64,000 bases of DNA from Haliotis rufescens. Taxonomy: Eukaryota. Made by a program: the position numbers and the translations under genes. Where the stretch lies: positions 18,848,001-18,912,000 of the forward strand of contig NW_025963779.1 of NCBI RefSeq assembly GCF_023055435.1. The letters run 5' to 3'. Each line of letters starts with the position of its first letter. The first letter of the stretch is position 1. The notes below the pieces were generated by a model. It was not told the DNA's origin, did not search any database, and was given only the letters and a program-made list of their open reading frames with translations. Shown here piece by piece: positions 53,328 through 64,000 of the stretch.

Positions 53328-53929
53328 TCTTCTCAATAACCCATAACACAAGGATCTTTCTTCAGTTATACAAAGGGTTATCGTTCACTGTCTTAAATGT
53401 GCCGCCTATAAGCAATTGTCAGCTGATTATCGACTCCCGCTTGGCTGCTGTAATTGCCGATCAGTCACAAGATAAAGTCTTCACAGAGGAAGCCAACAGG
53501 AAGAAAAAACCCAACAAGTTCTTTTGTTGAGTTTAAAGTTTAGTATGTTTGCTAATAATTGGATGAGCACCTACTTTGAGTCTAATACCTTATCTGATTT
53601 CAAGATTTGCTACAAAACTTTGACCTTCTAAACATGGAGATAGGTAGTTCCAAATCCAAGAGTATTCCAAAACCCCAGAAATCTTTCCAACATCTCCATT
53701 TTGATTCTACCTGCATTAAGGTGACACATCACGGTGACCGGACACTTTTCTTTACAGATTATGTCTTGTGTGTAAACAAGCTTTAGAACATCTGGATCAT
53801 CACAGCAGAAATCCTGGACACAGAAAGAGCTGCAACACAAGCTTGAGACTTGCCAATGGAAAGTGATGTCCAGAAAAGGGATGGTATTTTGCTGTAAGCT
53901 TTAAAACATAGAATTTGGAACTGTGCAGA

Positions 53930-56900
53930 ATGGTTTTGTTGTCCAGTTCAACTGTACGCACAGAGCGTCAACTTCGAGTGAAGAGTCGTCAAGGAGGACG
54001 TATCCGTGTTGTAAGAGAGTTGTATTTACGTGAAGATATCCCTTGTCAAAGTTCTCTGTGCGTTGCTGGTTGTCTTAACAGTGCTGGTAAGTTGGCGTTT
54101 TAATCGCAATGGACTGGTTGGCTGTCTGCAAAACTTATACATGTTGAACTATTGAATATGGAATCTTTAAAAAAACATATCTTATTTTTGAATAAATGTT
54201 GACTTGAAAGACCTTAAGGTTTTTATAATTAAGATTTAAAAATCTTTGAATTTTCCAATAATGCTTTATAAACATTTCTAAAATGCTATGTAAATATTTA
54301 GCAAGCCTTTTGTTTTCGCGTATGCTACATTTTAAGTATCAAATGACTGGAGTATGAATATCTTCAAGAATGAATGTTTCAACTTGTCAGGCTTGAAATA
54401 TTAGCTTAGTGGCCAGTATTCACCATGGATTATGACACGGTATTCACCATGGTGTGTTGTACAGAAAGTCTGTCCCTCCTCCCAAGTGATGTGACCCACT
54501 ACGTATTCCCCGACTGCCAGGTGGCACGAGATTACTTGGAGATCTTGGAGGCACCGGAGATAAGAGGCATCGTCTTCACTCAAACTGTAGCTAACAGTGT
54601 AAGTGGTTGCTGGAAGTATTTCACAATATTAGTAATTACCGTGGAAAAAATATTAATTTTCTGATACTTGCACACGTAAATGAAGCCTCTCAAAGCTGTC
54701 TGACCCAACTGAAGCCCCCAAATCAGCACTCTGTTGTTTGTTGCTTGCAAGAGGTGATTGGATGGTCAGACTCAGGGACTTGTTGCTTGCAAGAGGTGAT
54801 TGGGTGGTCAATCTCAGGGACAGTTGAAGTAATATGTTGTCGTCATGCTTTATTGTTGAGAACAATACAATGATGCCATTGTGTGGAGGAATAAAACATA
54901 ATATGATTTTGTTTGACAGTATGAATATGACTTTAATGTTGAAGATATAACATACATGTACACTTTAATACTGAAAGGAAGATTGGTGCAGCAACTTTCA
55001 TCCCATTCTACATCCCGTTGTAACAAGCTGCTTTGAATGTCCTGACGTAATGCAGAGATCTCAATAACCATGGTGATAAGTAAGGATAAGATTTATGGAT
55101 GAACAACGTCTTTATTACAATTAAGAGCGATGTTTCGGTGTAGGTCCTAACACGAAACGTCGCTCTGAATTGTAATAAAGAAGTTTTTCATCCACAAATC
55201 TTATCCTTACTTAGTACTCGAAACTTCTAAATGCCTATCAAAGAAGTAACCATGGTGATAATGCATGTTCATTCCATTAGGTTCAGCATGACGGTAGTAA
55301 GCGACTCTACAGCCGACTGAGGAATATTGTCAAGGATCCAAGGCGTGGGTCAATCACTTTCCACAATGAGTTCCAGAAATATGCCTATTGTGAGAGACAA
55401 GCTCGGGAGCCCCTGAATGACTGGCACATCAGGTGGGGAAACTACCTCAGATCATCTCATATCTAACACTGCCATTATCACCTTGCATCCCTTAGTTGTG
55501 CCAGGATCCGCTAATCGTGGGTTATGATCCTAGATTTGTCCTGATTATGATCCTTGATCAGTTAGCACCTTTCCAATCTCATGGGACCATGTCTGTGGTC
55601 TAGTGGTAGAGTGTCTGCCCGGAGAGGGGAAATTCGGGGTTCAATCCCTGGCCGCATCATACCAAAAGACGTTGAAATATGTGACTTGTTGTTACCCTAC
55701 CTATTAAGGGGATAAAACAAGAACTGGTTGGCTCGGAGTCAGTGTACTGTGTCTGAGTGGGGTATTCATGTTAAACTGTGGCATGGTATATCTTTTTGGC
55801 TGGCACTATCAAATCGGCATGAGTCTGGACTAGTACAAGCAGCCACACACACATGCACGCATACACATCACTAGATAATTGCAATATTCTTGGACATGAT
55901 GTTAAACCCTATTTCACCTCACTTCCCATCTCATGAATGTCGCCAGTGGTACATCTTCACATGACAAGCAATATTGTGACCAAAACAAACCTAACTCCCA
56001 ACACCGTCATATCATTATGTGTGTAAATGACCTTTCACAAACTTCATTTTGTTCATGTATCGTATGTTCTGAATGTAATATGGCGGACGTTGTTTTCTGC
56101 TGCTCCTCCAGAAGTACCTACCAGGCAGCGGAGTGGTTCTACAACCACCTTGCAGGACAAATGCCGGTTGTCATGGTTACACAGAACCAGGAGGTAAGGA
56201 ATGGTGGTTTTGTCAGTAGTGTTGTTTTTATTGGCATATTATCTATATGTGTAATCTGTCTCTTGTGATGGTTCTACCGAGCCTGGATGTTGGTGTAGTT
56301 ACGGTGATGCTGTTGTCTTGGTTACTGAATAAGGAAGGAAGAGATTTTTTTTTTTCTGATAAACATTCCTACACTTGCATATTATACCTATGGTCCAGCT
56401 GCGAATTTATGAATTGCTCAATTAAAATTCATGCCATGCAGACCAAACACTTTATTTTGTTTAGACTGTATTTCTTTAGGCTTTTTGGTACAAAGATTGA
56501 CTATTTCTGCAGGCTATTTGGTACAAGGATCGACTATTTCTGCAGGCTATTTGATACAAGGATCGACTATTTCTGCAGGCTATTTGATACAAGGATTGAC
56601 TATTTCTGCAGGCTATTTCGTACAAGGATTGTCTATTTCTGCAGGCTGTTTGATACAAGGATTGACTATTTCTGCAGGCTATTTCGTACAAGGATTGTCT
56701 ATTTCTGCAGGCTATTTGGTACAAGGATTCACTATTTCTGCAGGCTATTTGGTACAAGGAATGACTATATCTGCAGGCTTTTTGGTACAAGGATTGACTA
56801 TTTCTGCAGGCTATTTAATACAAGGATTGACTATTTCTGCAGGCTATTTGGTACAAGGATTGACTATTTCTGCAGGCTATTTGGTACAAGGATTGATTAT

Positions 56901-59900
56901 TTCTGCTGACTATTTGGTACAAGGATTGACTATACCTGCAGGCTGTTTGTTATGATTGACTATTTCTGCAGGCTATTTGGTACAAGGATTGACTTTTTCT
57001 GCAGGCTATTGGTCATGATGACTACATCTGCAGGATATTATTGGCTACGTTGATTGACTTTTTCTGCAGGCTTTGATCATGATGATTGACTTTTTCTGTA
57101 GGCTGTTGCCAAGTACAGCAACAGGACTCTCAATGTGTTTGTGATGTGCCTGAAGGACTACCTTGTGGGGTTCCTCTCGTCACTCACAGGCGCCATGGAT
57201 CTCTACGAGTCTCTCACTGCTGCCCTGGAATCCAAGACTACAAAAGGTGAATATGAGAACCAGAGCTGCTGTACATGAATGAACACATCTGAACTGTTGA
57301 AAAATGAATGAGGTCCTGAAGTTGGCATGGATCTCAGTGGTATGGATGTAAAGGGCTGACTGTCTTCTAGTTGGATAGGGTCAGGGATTATTGTTCCGGA
57401 ACAGAGTGGCCATGACAGAAATCTAACAGGATCTTTTAAACTGTTGGTCCTTTGGACTACTATCTCCCTGAGGCAAGGGAGTTAACTGACTATAAAAGTC
57501 CAGTTTCCCACCCTTGCCGAACTAGGCTTTAATTACGGAGTTATATTTTGGCTGGACTAACAAGTCATACAAAGTCCAATCAAAATCATGTAATGAAATC
57601 GACATCCAGTTTGTCAACTGACGTGCAGATTTCGTTTGATTGCAGGATTTGTAAAGCGTGTGTACCACCAAATCAGCATCAACAGATATTTTCCAAATCT
57701 TTTCATGTTTTTAATCAAGTTGCGCACATGATTTCATGCACTTTACAAAGTAAGACCCATTTTATTACAATATAGATCTTGACTATCATCTTGAATTGGC
57801 ACCACCATTTTGTATGAAGCAAATGCAAGTGATATGAGAAGTGGAATCTGATTGGAGGGATATAGCCACTGGGTGTGCTTCGATCGAACCCAAAAATTCC
57901 AGCCTAGTTCGGCAAGGGTGGAAAATGGACTTTTACAGTCAGTTAACTCCCTTGCCTGGGGAAGATTTTGGACTACTGACAAGTTATGGTTTGTTTCCAA
58001 TACTGAGTTCTATTGTTTGCTTCTCGTCAGATCGTGACTACTTGGGTTATCTCCCCTCCGATGTGTTGGAAGCAGGTATCAAGTCAGGCCGCTACATCTC
58101 TGGCTGCATCCATGTCAACAAACACAACGCCATGACAGAGGCCTTCGTCAAGAGGACAGGGTAATAACACTTTTTCCATGAATTTCTATTTCTAATGAAT
58201 AATTTATCATCATGATAATTGAATCCGATGCATTATAAACAAGGATGGAACAGTCTAATCAGGATCATGAATTTTCAGAGGTTGCCAGGATTTTGTCCTT
58301 TGGGCAGATACAATTCTATCAAAGTCCATCTCTTACACTATGGTAAATCTTATGGATGTTGCAAAGAGCCATTTTGAAAACAAATCAGTATGCATAAAAG
58401 ATATTTTGAGAAGTAATGCTTAAAAGATCTTGATGCATAGAATATTTTTTAAGATGAACAGTTTATTATTTGCAATAAGTTTTAAAGAGTTGATATGAAG
58501 GCGTGCCTGTAAGTATTTTAAAATGTTATTTAAAACCCTTTGCTCATCAGTTAACTGACTTTTAATGACCTAATTCAGGACCACCTCTGTGATGTAGTGG
58601 ATAGAGCACCTGCCTGGAGAGCAGATGGTCGTTGGCTCAATCCCCAGCCACGACATACTCAAAGACATTATAAGATTGTGCAAACGCTATATTAGTACAA
58701 TAATCTTGAAAGCAACGTTAAACCTCCGTTCACTAACTTAATGCAGTCTATGCTAGTAACATAGAGATAATGTTTCACAGGGCAATAATTTCAATGTCTT
58801 GACCTTGGATGGATTGAGGCCATGACCAAGGAGTCAAGAACTAAGTAATGCATCCTTGAAACCCTGGTGTACATGTTGTGTAACTGCCTGGCCCTGGTGT
58901 ACATGTTGTGTTACTGCCTGGCCCTGGTGTACATGTTGTGTTACTGCCTGGCCCTGGTGTACATGTTGTGTTACTGCCTGGCCCTGGTGTACATGTTGTG
59001 TTACTGCCTGGCCCTGGTGTACATGTTGTGTTACTGCCTGGCCCTGGTGTACATGTTGTGTTACTGCCTGGCCTTGGTGTACATGTTGTGTTACTGCCTG
59101 GCCCTGGTGTACATGTTGTGTTACTGCCTGGCCCTGGTTGGATGAAAGGTCGTTCTGACGTGACCCTTAATGGGATGTCCTCAGATCTTTGTTTAGCGAT
59201 AGCGGGAACTAAGATCTGATTTTAATGAGATTGTCACTTGGCTGTGAGGGTATCAGAAACTTTTACTGAGCAGTGTGGTGTTTGAAAGACTTGAATCAAA
59301 TTTACTAGGAATGCCAATTTGCAGAACCTACTCTCTCAGACCTACATCATCTAAGGCAGTTTATATATATTTCTATAATTGTATATATTGTGTTACTGTC
59401 TGGCCCTGGTGTACATGTTGTGTTACTGCCTGGCCCTGGTGGACATGTTGTGTTACTGCCTGACCCTGGTGTACATGTTGTGTTACTTCCTGACCCTGGT
59501 GTACATGTTGTGTTACTTCCTGGCCCTGGTGTACATGTTGTGTTACTTCCTGGCCCTGGTGTACATGTTGTGTTACTGCCTGGCCCTGGTGTACATGTTG
59601 TGTTACTGCCTGGCCCTGGTGTATATATTGTGTTACTGTCTGGCCCTGGTGTACATGTTGTGTTACTGCCTGGCCCTGGTGTACATGTTGTGTTACTGCC
59701 TGGCCCTGGTGTATATATTGTGTTACTGCCTGGCCTTGGTGTACATGTTGTGTTACTGCCTGGCCCTGGTGTACATGTTGTGTTACTGTCTGGCCCTGGT
59801 GTATATGTTGTGTTACTGCCTGGCCCTGGTGTACATGTTTTGTTACTGCCTGGCCCTGGTGTACATGTTGTGTTACTGCCTGGCCCTGGTGTATATATTG

Positions 59901-62900
59901 TGTTACTGTCTGGCTATGGTGTACATGTTGTGTTACTGCCTGGCCCTGGTGGACATGTTGTGTTACTGCCTAGCCCTGGTGTACATGTTGTGTTGCTGCC
60001 TAGCGCTGGTGTACATGTTGTGTTACTGCCTGGCCCTGGTGGACATGTTGTGTTACTGCCTAGCCCTGGTGTACATGTTGTGTTACTGCCTGGCCCTGGT
60101 GTACATGTTGTGTTACTGCCTGGCCCTGGTGGACATGTTGTGTTACTGCCTAGCCCTGGTGTATATATTGTGTTACTGCCTTGCGATGGTGTACATGTTT
60201 TGTTACTTTCCCTGGCCCTGGTGTACATGTTCTGTTACTGCCTCACCCTGGTGTACATGTTCTGTTACTGCCTCACCCTGGTGTATATGTTCTGTTACTG
60301 CCTAGCCCTGGTGTACATGTTCTGTTACTGCCTTGCCCTGGTGTATATGTTCTGTTACTGCCTCACCCTGGTGTATATGTTCTGTTACTGTCTAGCCCTG
60401 GTGTACATGTTCTGTTACTGCCTTGCCCTGGTGTATATGTTCTGTTACTGCCTTGCGATGGTGTACATGTTTTGATACTTTCCCTGGCCCTGGTGTATAT
60501 GCTCTGTTACTGCTTCGCTGTTAGCGGAACATTGCCATCTTGCTTTTTAAGAAGCTCTCAGTCTTGCTGCTGTTTCTGTGATTTCAATCTTCCTCTTCAG
60601 ACGTGACTTGAAAGAAGAGAGTGACTCTGACATCCTGATCCACGGAACTGCGTCTCGCAACAGAGCTGTCCATGGAGACAAAGTGGTAGTTGAACTCCTG
60701 CCGCGATCTCAGTGGAAGGGGAGATCACTCTCCATCAAGGAATTAGGAGACAAGACAGGTCTGTTTGATGAATTAACATTGTTGCCTACACTTACATTTC
60801 TGAAACTACCAGTTTCATAAACAAATATATATGTTAAGCAATCATAGTTTGAAGGAGTTAGACCAGAGTGCAAATAAGAAATCCATCGGGATCGTACAGG
60901 GTGACATCGTCTCCAGTGTATCCTCTTTGTTGTCTCTACTTAATAACTAGTGTCATGTGTGAACCTGGGACTTTGTCACTTGGCTCAATCTCATTAAAAT
61001 CAGATCTTAGTTCTCGCTACCGCTAAACAAAGATCTGAGGACATCCCATTACGGCTCACGTCAGAACGACCTTTCGCGAATTTTGACTGACCAATGAAAT
61101 GACAGAGAAGAAATCGACATTAGCCAATCAGAAAGCAGCTTTCTCGAGCTTTACGACACTAGTTTCAAACTGGCGTCTTCGCTTCGAAACATATTTTGAA
61201 AAATAATTAAAAAATTATTAAAATCTGTGAATGGCTTATAGATGGCCTAGATTGTATTGATATAATCATAAAACCTGTAACTGTCGTTCGGAATACCCCT
61301 TGTTAAATATTTCGTGGTTGCATGATTAGAAAACACATTCCGACTGTCACTTTTATGATCTGGAAAGCGACGCTCTAATTGGTTGGATGAAAGGTCGTTC
61401 TGACGTGACCCTTAATGGGATGTCCTCAGATCTTTGTTTAGCGATAGCGGGAACTAAGATCTGATTTTAATGAGATTGTCACTTGGCTGTGAGGGTATCA
61501 GAAACTTTTACTGAGCAGTGTGGTGTTTGAAAGACTTGAATCAAATTTACAAGGAATGCCAATTTGCAGAACCTACTCTCTCAGACCTACATCATCTAAG
61601 GCAGTTTATATATATTTCTATAATTGTCCTTAATGTTATCATTGCTTGTTTTGAATAAGATTTTAACCAAATCCTACACCTACTACTGTCTACTGTCAGG
61701 GGAGGCAACTGGTGATGGTGAGACGACCAGTGATGACATGAGCAGTGTGATGCCGACAGGCCGCGTCGTGGGGGTGCTTCAGAGGAACTGGAGGGACTAT
61801 GTGGCTAGCTTCTCCGCGGATGAGGTCAGTTACTTTCTGAATGTCTTTATCATAGTGGGAACACATTTTGAATCTTATGATGACTTTGACTCCGAAGATC
61901 TTCATCTACTTACACTAACTACACCATCTTCCCGAGGCAAGAGAGTTAACTGACTATAAAAGTCCAGTTTCCACCCTTGCCGAACTAGGCTGGTATTATG
62001 GAGTTACATTTTGGCTGGACTATCGAGTCTATGCGTAGTCCAATCAAAATCGCACACCAAAATCGAAATCCGGTTCGTAAACTTTGGTGCAGATTTTGGT
62101 CGATTGCAGGATTTGCAAAGCATGTGCACCGCCAACTCGTTGTCAGCAGATATTTTCTAAATCTTTTCATGTTTTTAATCAAGGTGCCCGCGTGATTTGA
62201 TGCATTTCTCGATGTAAGACCCGTTTTATCACAATATAGATCTTGATTATCGATCAGGTCGTCCTAACTGGGCGCCACCATTTTGTGTGAAGCAAACGCA
62301 AGTGATACGAGAGGTGGAATCTGATTGGTCCATAGGAGAGGCATAGAAGAGACATAACTGGTATTAGCCACTTGTGGCGCTACGATCGAGCCCAGTAATT
62401 CCAGCCTAGTTCAGCAAGGGTGGAAACTGGACTTTTAAAGTCAGTTAACTCTCTTGCCTCGGGAAGATGTAACTACACAGATGTAGCACTACATTCGTTT
62501 TGTGTAATGTGCTCAAAATCTTTAGCTTGATTTTTCAATAGCAATGATGTAGTAATTTTAATTACTTAATAATAATTTATAATAGTACTGTTTGGTCAAG
62601 GACTAAAATAGTAATGTGTGGTCAAGGTCTAAAATAGTAATGTGTGGTCAAGGACTAAAATAGTAATGTGTGGTCAAGGACTAAAATAGTAATGTGTGGT
62701 CAAGGTCTAAAATAGTAATGTGTGGTCAAGGACTAAAATAGTAATGTGTGGTCAAGGACTAAAATAGTAATGTATGGTCAAGGTCTAAAATAGTAATGTG
62801 TGGTCAAGGACTAAAATAGTAATGTGTGGTCAAGGTCTAAAATAGTACTGTGTGGTCAAGGTCTAAAATTGTAATGTGTGGTCAAGGACTAAAATTGTAA

Positions 62901-64000
62901 TGTGTGGTCAAGGACTAAAATTGTAATGTGTGGTCAAGGTCTAAACTAGTACTGTGTGGTCAAGGTCTAAAATAGTAATGTGTGGTCAAGGTCTAAAATA
63001 GTAATGTGTGGTCAAAGTCTAAAATAGTAATGTGTGGTCAAGGACTAAAATAGTAATGTGTGGTCAAGGTCTAAAATAGTAATGTGTGGTCAAGGTCTAA
63101 AATTGTAATGTGTGGTCAAGGACTAAAATAGTAATGTGTGGTCAAGGACTAAAATTGTAATGTGTGGTCAAGGTCTAAAATAGTAATGTGTGGTCAAGGT
63201 CTAAAATAGTAATGTGTGGTCAAGGTCTAAAATTGTAATGTGTGGTCAAGGACTAAAATAGTAATGTGTGGTCAAGGACTAAAATTGTAATGTGTGGTCA
63301 AGGTCTAAAATAGTAATGTGTGGTCAAGGTCTAAACTAGTACTGTGTGGTCAAGGTCTAAAATAGTAATGTGTGGTCAAGGACTAAACTAGTACTGTGTG
63401 GTCAAGGTCTAAAATAGTAATGTGTGGTCAAGGTCTAAACTAGTAATGGAGAAAACAGAACCATAGGACTCATAGTGGGACGTAATGCTGGCAGAGCTCC
63501 AGATAACATTTTGAGCAATTGAGTTTTTACTGTAGGGTTTCTATTTTAATTGGGTTAATACATTTTTCATTGGGTAACCACTATTTTTTCACTCATCTAT
63601 TCATCAATCTATTGTTTTTTTCTCAAATAGAGAACATTTTAAGATTTTAAAAAAAAATGAAATAATTTTTAGATGTATATAACTGTTCCAAATAAATAGC
63701 CTTAACCATGTTAACCCGGAAAGTATATAAGCTCGTAATTGTATTTCAGAAATTAGCTCCTTTGTATGCATGCTGAAAAAGCTTCATTGGGAATTTACAC
63801 ATGCTGTTTTTATACATTCGAGTTTTGCATTCAATGCATGCGTTTCTGTTAATTGAAAGAAATTGGGTTTTGAATATGTTCTGGGGGTATTTTATGCAAG
63901 TACGTAGCTTATCTGTAGCTCTGTGCTGGGTATGATGTGTCATGACAGTTGGCGTGACCTCCATATGTTCTTGATGTTCAGGAGGCCCAGAAGAATGCCA
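53930..64000 (+). CDS. DIS3L: DIS3-like exonuclease 1, 5' part (CR3/PIN-like domain, cold-shock domain); join(53930..54086,54465..54598,55281..55432,56112..56193,57102..57246,58031..58160,60601..60758,61700..61824,63982..>64000)
   Basis: [69 protein letters not shown] and [18 protein letters not shown] follow human DIS3L colinearly. All junctions are GT-AG with consistent phases. The gene continues past the window. Confidence 0.95.
55080..55246. mobile_element. Fold-back Penelope-like remnant (same subfamily as 18943-19147) in a DIS3L intron
   Basis: Inverted arms; 15-bp TSD TAACCATGGTGATAA (55065-55079, 55247-55261); GAAACGTC retained, the CUGA-side core deleted. Confidence 0.7.
55583..55925 (+). 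mobile_element. tRNA-head SINE with a Meta-like central domain (family C)
   Basis: A box TGGTCTAGTGG, B box GGTTCAATCCC, then catcataccaaaagacgttgaaa; LINE-like 3' end gatgttaaaccct. A shorter relative lies at 58578-58735. Confidence 0.7.
56465..57101 (+). repeat. 33-bp minisatellite abutting a DIS3L acceptor site
   Basis: Unit gactatttctgcaggctatttggtacaaggatt, about 19 copies, decaying into the real acceptor gattgactttttctgtag|gct. Confidence 0.95.
57461..57967. mobile_element. Mutator-like MITE (CATCTTCCCGAGGCAAG family)
   Basis: ~70-bp TIRs; 9-bp TSD TTGGACTAC (57452-57460, 57968-57976). Confidence 0.85.
58578..58735 (+). mobile_element. Internally deleted family C tRNA-head SINE
   Basis: gtgatgtagtggatagagc...ggctcaatcccc...catactcaaagac...aacgttaaacc. 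Confidence 0.55.
58862..60512 (+). repeat. 30-bp minisatellite in a DIS3L intron, interrupted at 59135-59382
   Basis: Unit gccctggtgtacatgttgtgttactgcctg; about 9 copies, then about 37 copies. Confidence 0.95.
60986..61478. mobile_element. Mutator-like non-autonomous element with ~90-bp TIRs
   Basis: CAATCTCATTAAAATCAGATCTTAGTT... / ...AACTAAGATCTGATTTTAATGAGATTG; 10-bp TSD TCACTTGGCT (60976-60985, 61479-61488). Confidence 0.85.
61925..62469. mobile_element. Mutator-like MITE (CATCTTCCCGAGGCAAG family), best-preserved copy
   Basis: Near-perfect ~70-bp TIRs; 9-bp TSD TAACTACAC (61916-61924, 62470-62478). A related left end lies at 21439. Confidence 0.9.
62580..63448 (+). repeat. 26-bp minisatellite in a DIS3L intron
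   Basis: Unit gtgtggtcaaggWctaaaatagtaat, about 33 copies. Confidence 0.95.

Noticed and set aside
54738-54821. Two-copy ~42-bp duplication (also short triplications at 45240-45280 and 26684-26720)
   Set aside because: Ordinary local slippage with no additional structure.
56247-56955. 220-aa and 174-aa repetitive ORFs ([11 protein letters not shown] / [11 protein letters not shown])
   Set aside because: By-products of a 33-bp intronic repeat whose length is a multiple of three; not in the DIS3L frame.
58856-60606. Long Cys-rich or PGPG-repeat ORFs up to 361 aa
   Set aside because: All three plus-strand frames are open because the 30-bp unit lacks stops; they lie inside a DIS3L intron with no splice or homology support.
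62580-63448. CRISPR-like appearance of the regular arrays (also 51851-52024)
   Set aside because: No unique spacers, no cas genes, eukaryotic context.

Overview
AT-rich, intron-rich animal DNA. The repeat content points to a mollusc, probably a gastropod such as abalone (inference). Five spliced protein-coding genes can be rebuilt by hand with GT-AG introns and consistent phases: a KLF9/13-group zinc-finger factor (minus, 3 coding exons, 265 aa), a compact FAM184-like coiled-coil protein (minus, 4 coding exons, 413 aa), SPAG8 (plus, 6 exons, 201 aa), RBM8A/Y14 (minus, 6 exons, 166 aa) and the 5' part of DIS3L (plus, 9 coding exons, running off the window). Most ORFs in the supplied track are spurious. 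Non-coding DNA holds a ~265 bp SINE-like retroposon without a tRNA head, tRNA-head SINEs, non-autonomous DNA transposons (Harbinger-, hAT-, Tc1/pogo-, Mutator- and Helentron-like) and three minisatellites in DIS3L introns. Best leads: (1) three fold-back insertions with 12-15 bp TSDs whose centres carry hammerhead-ribozyme core remnants (Penelope-like); (2) a 33-bp array built from the DIS3L 3' splice site, giving about 17 decoy acceptors; (3) a 248-bp segment copied into a minisatellite; (4) the short FAM184-like gene. No clearly new multi-gene system is demonstrable from the sequence alone.
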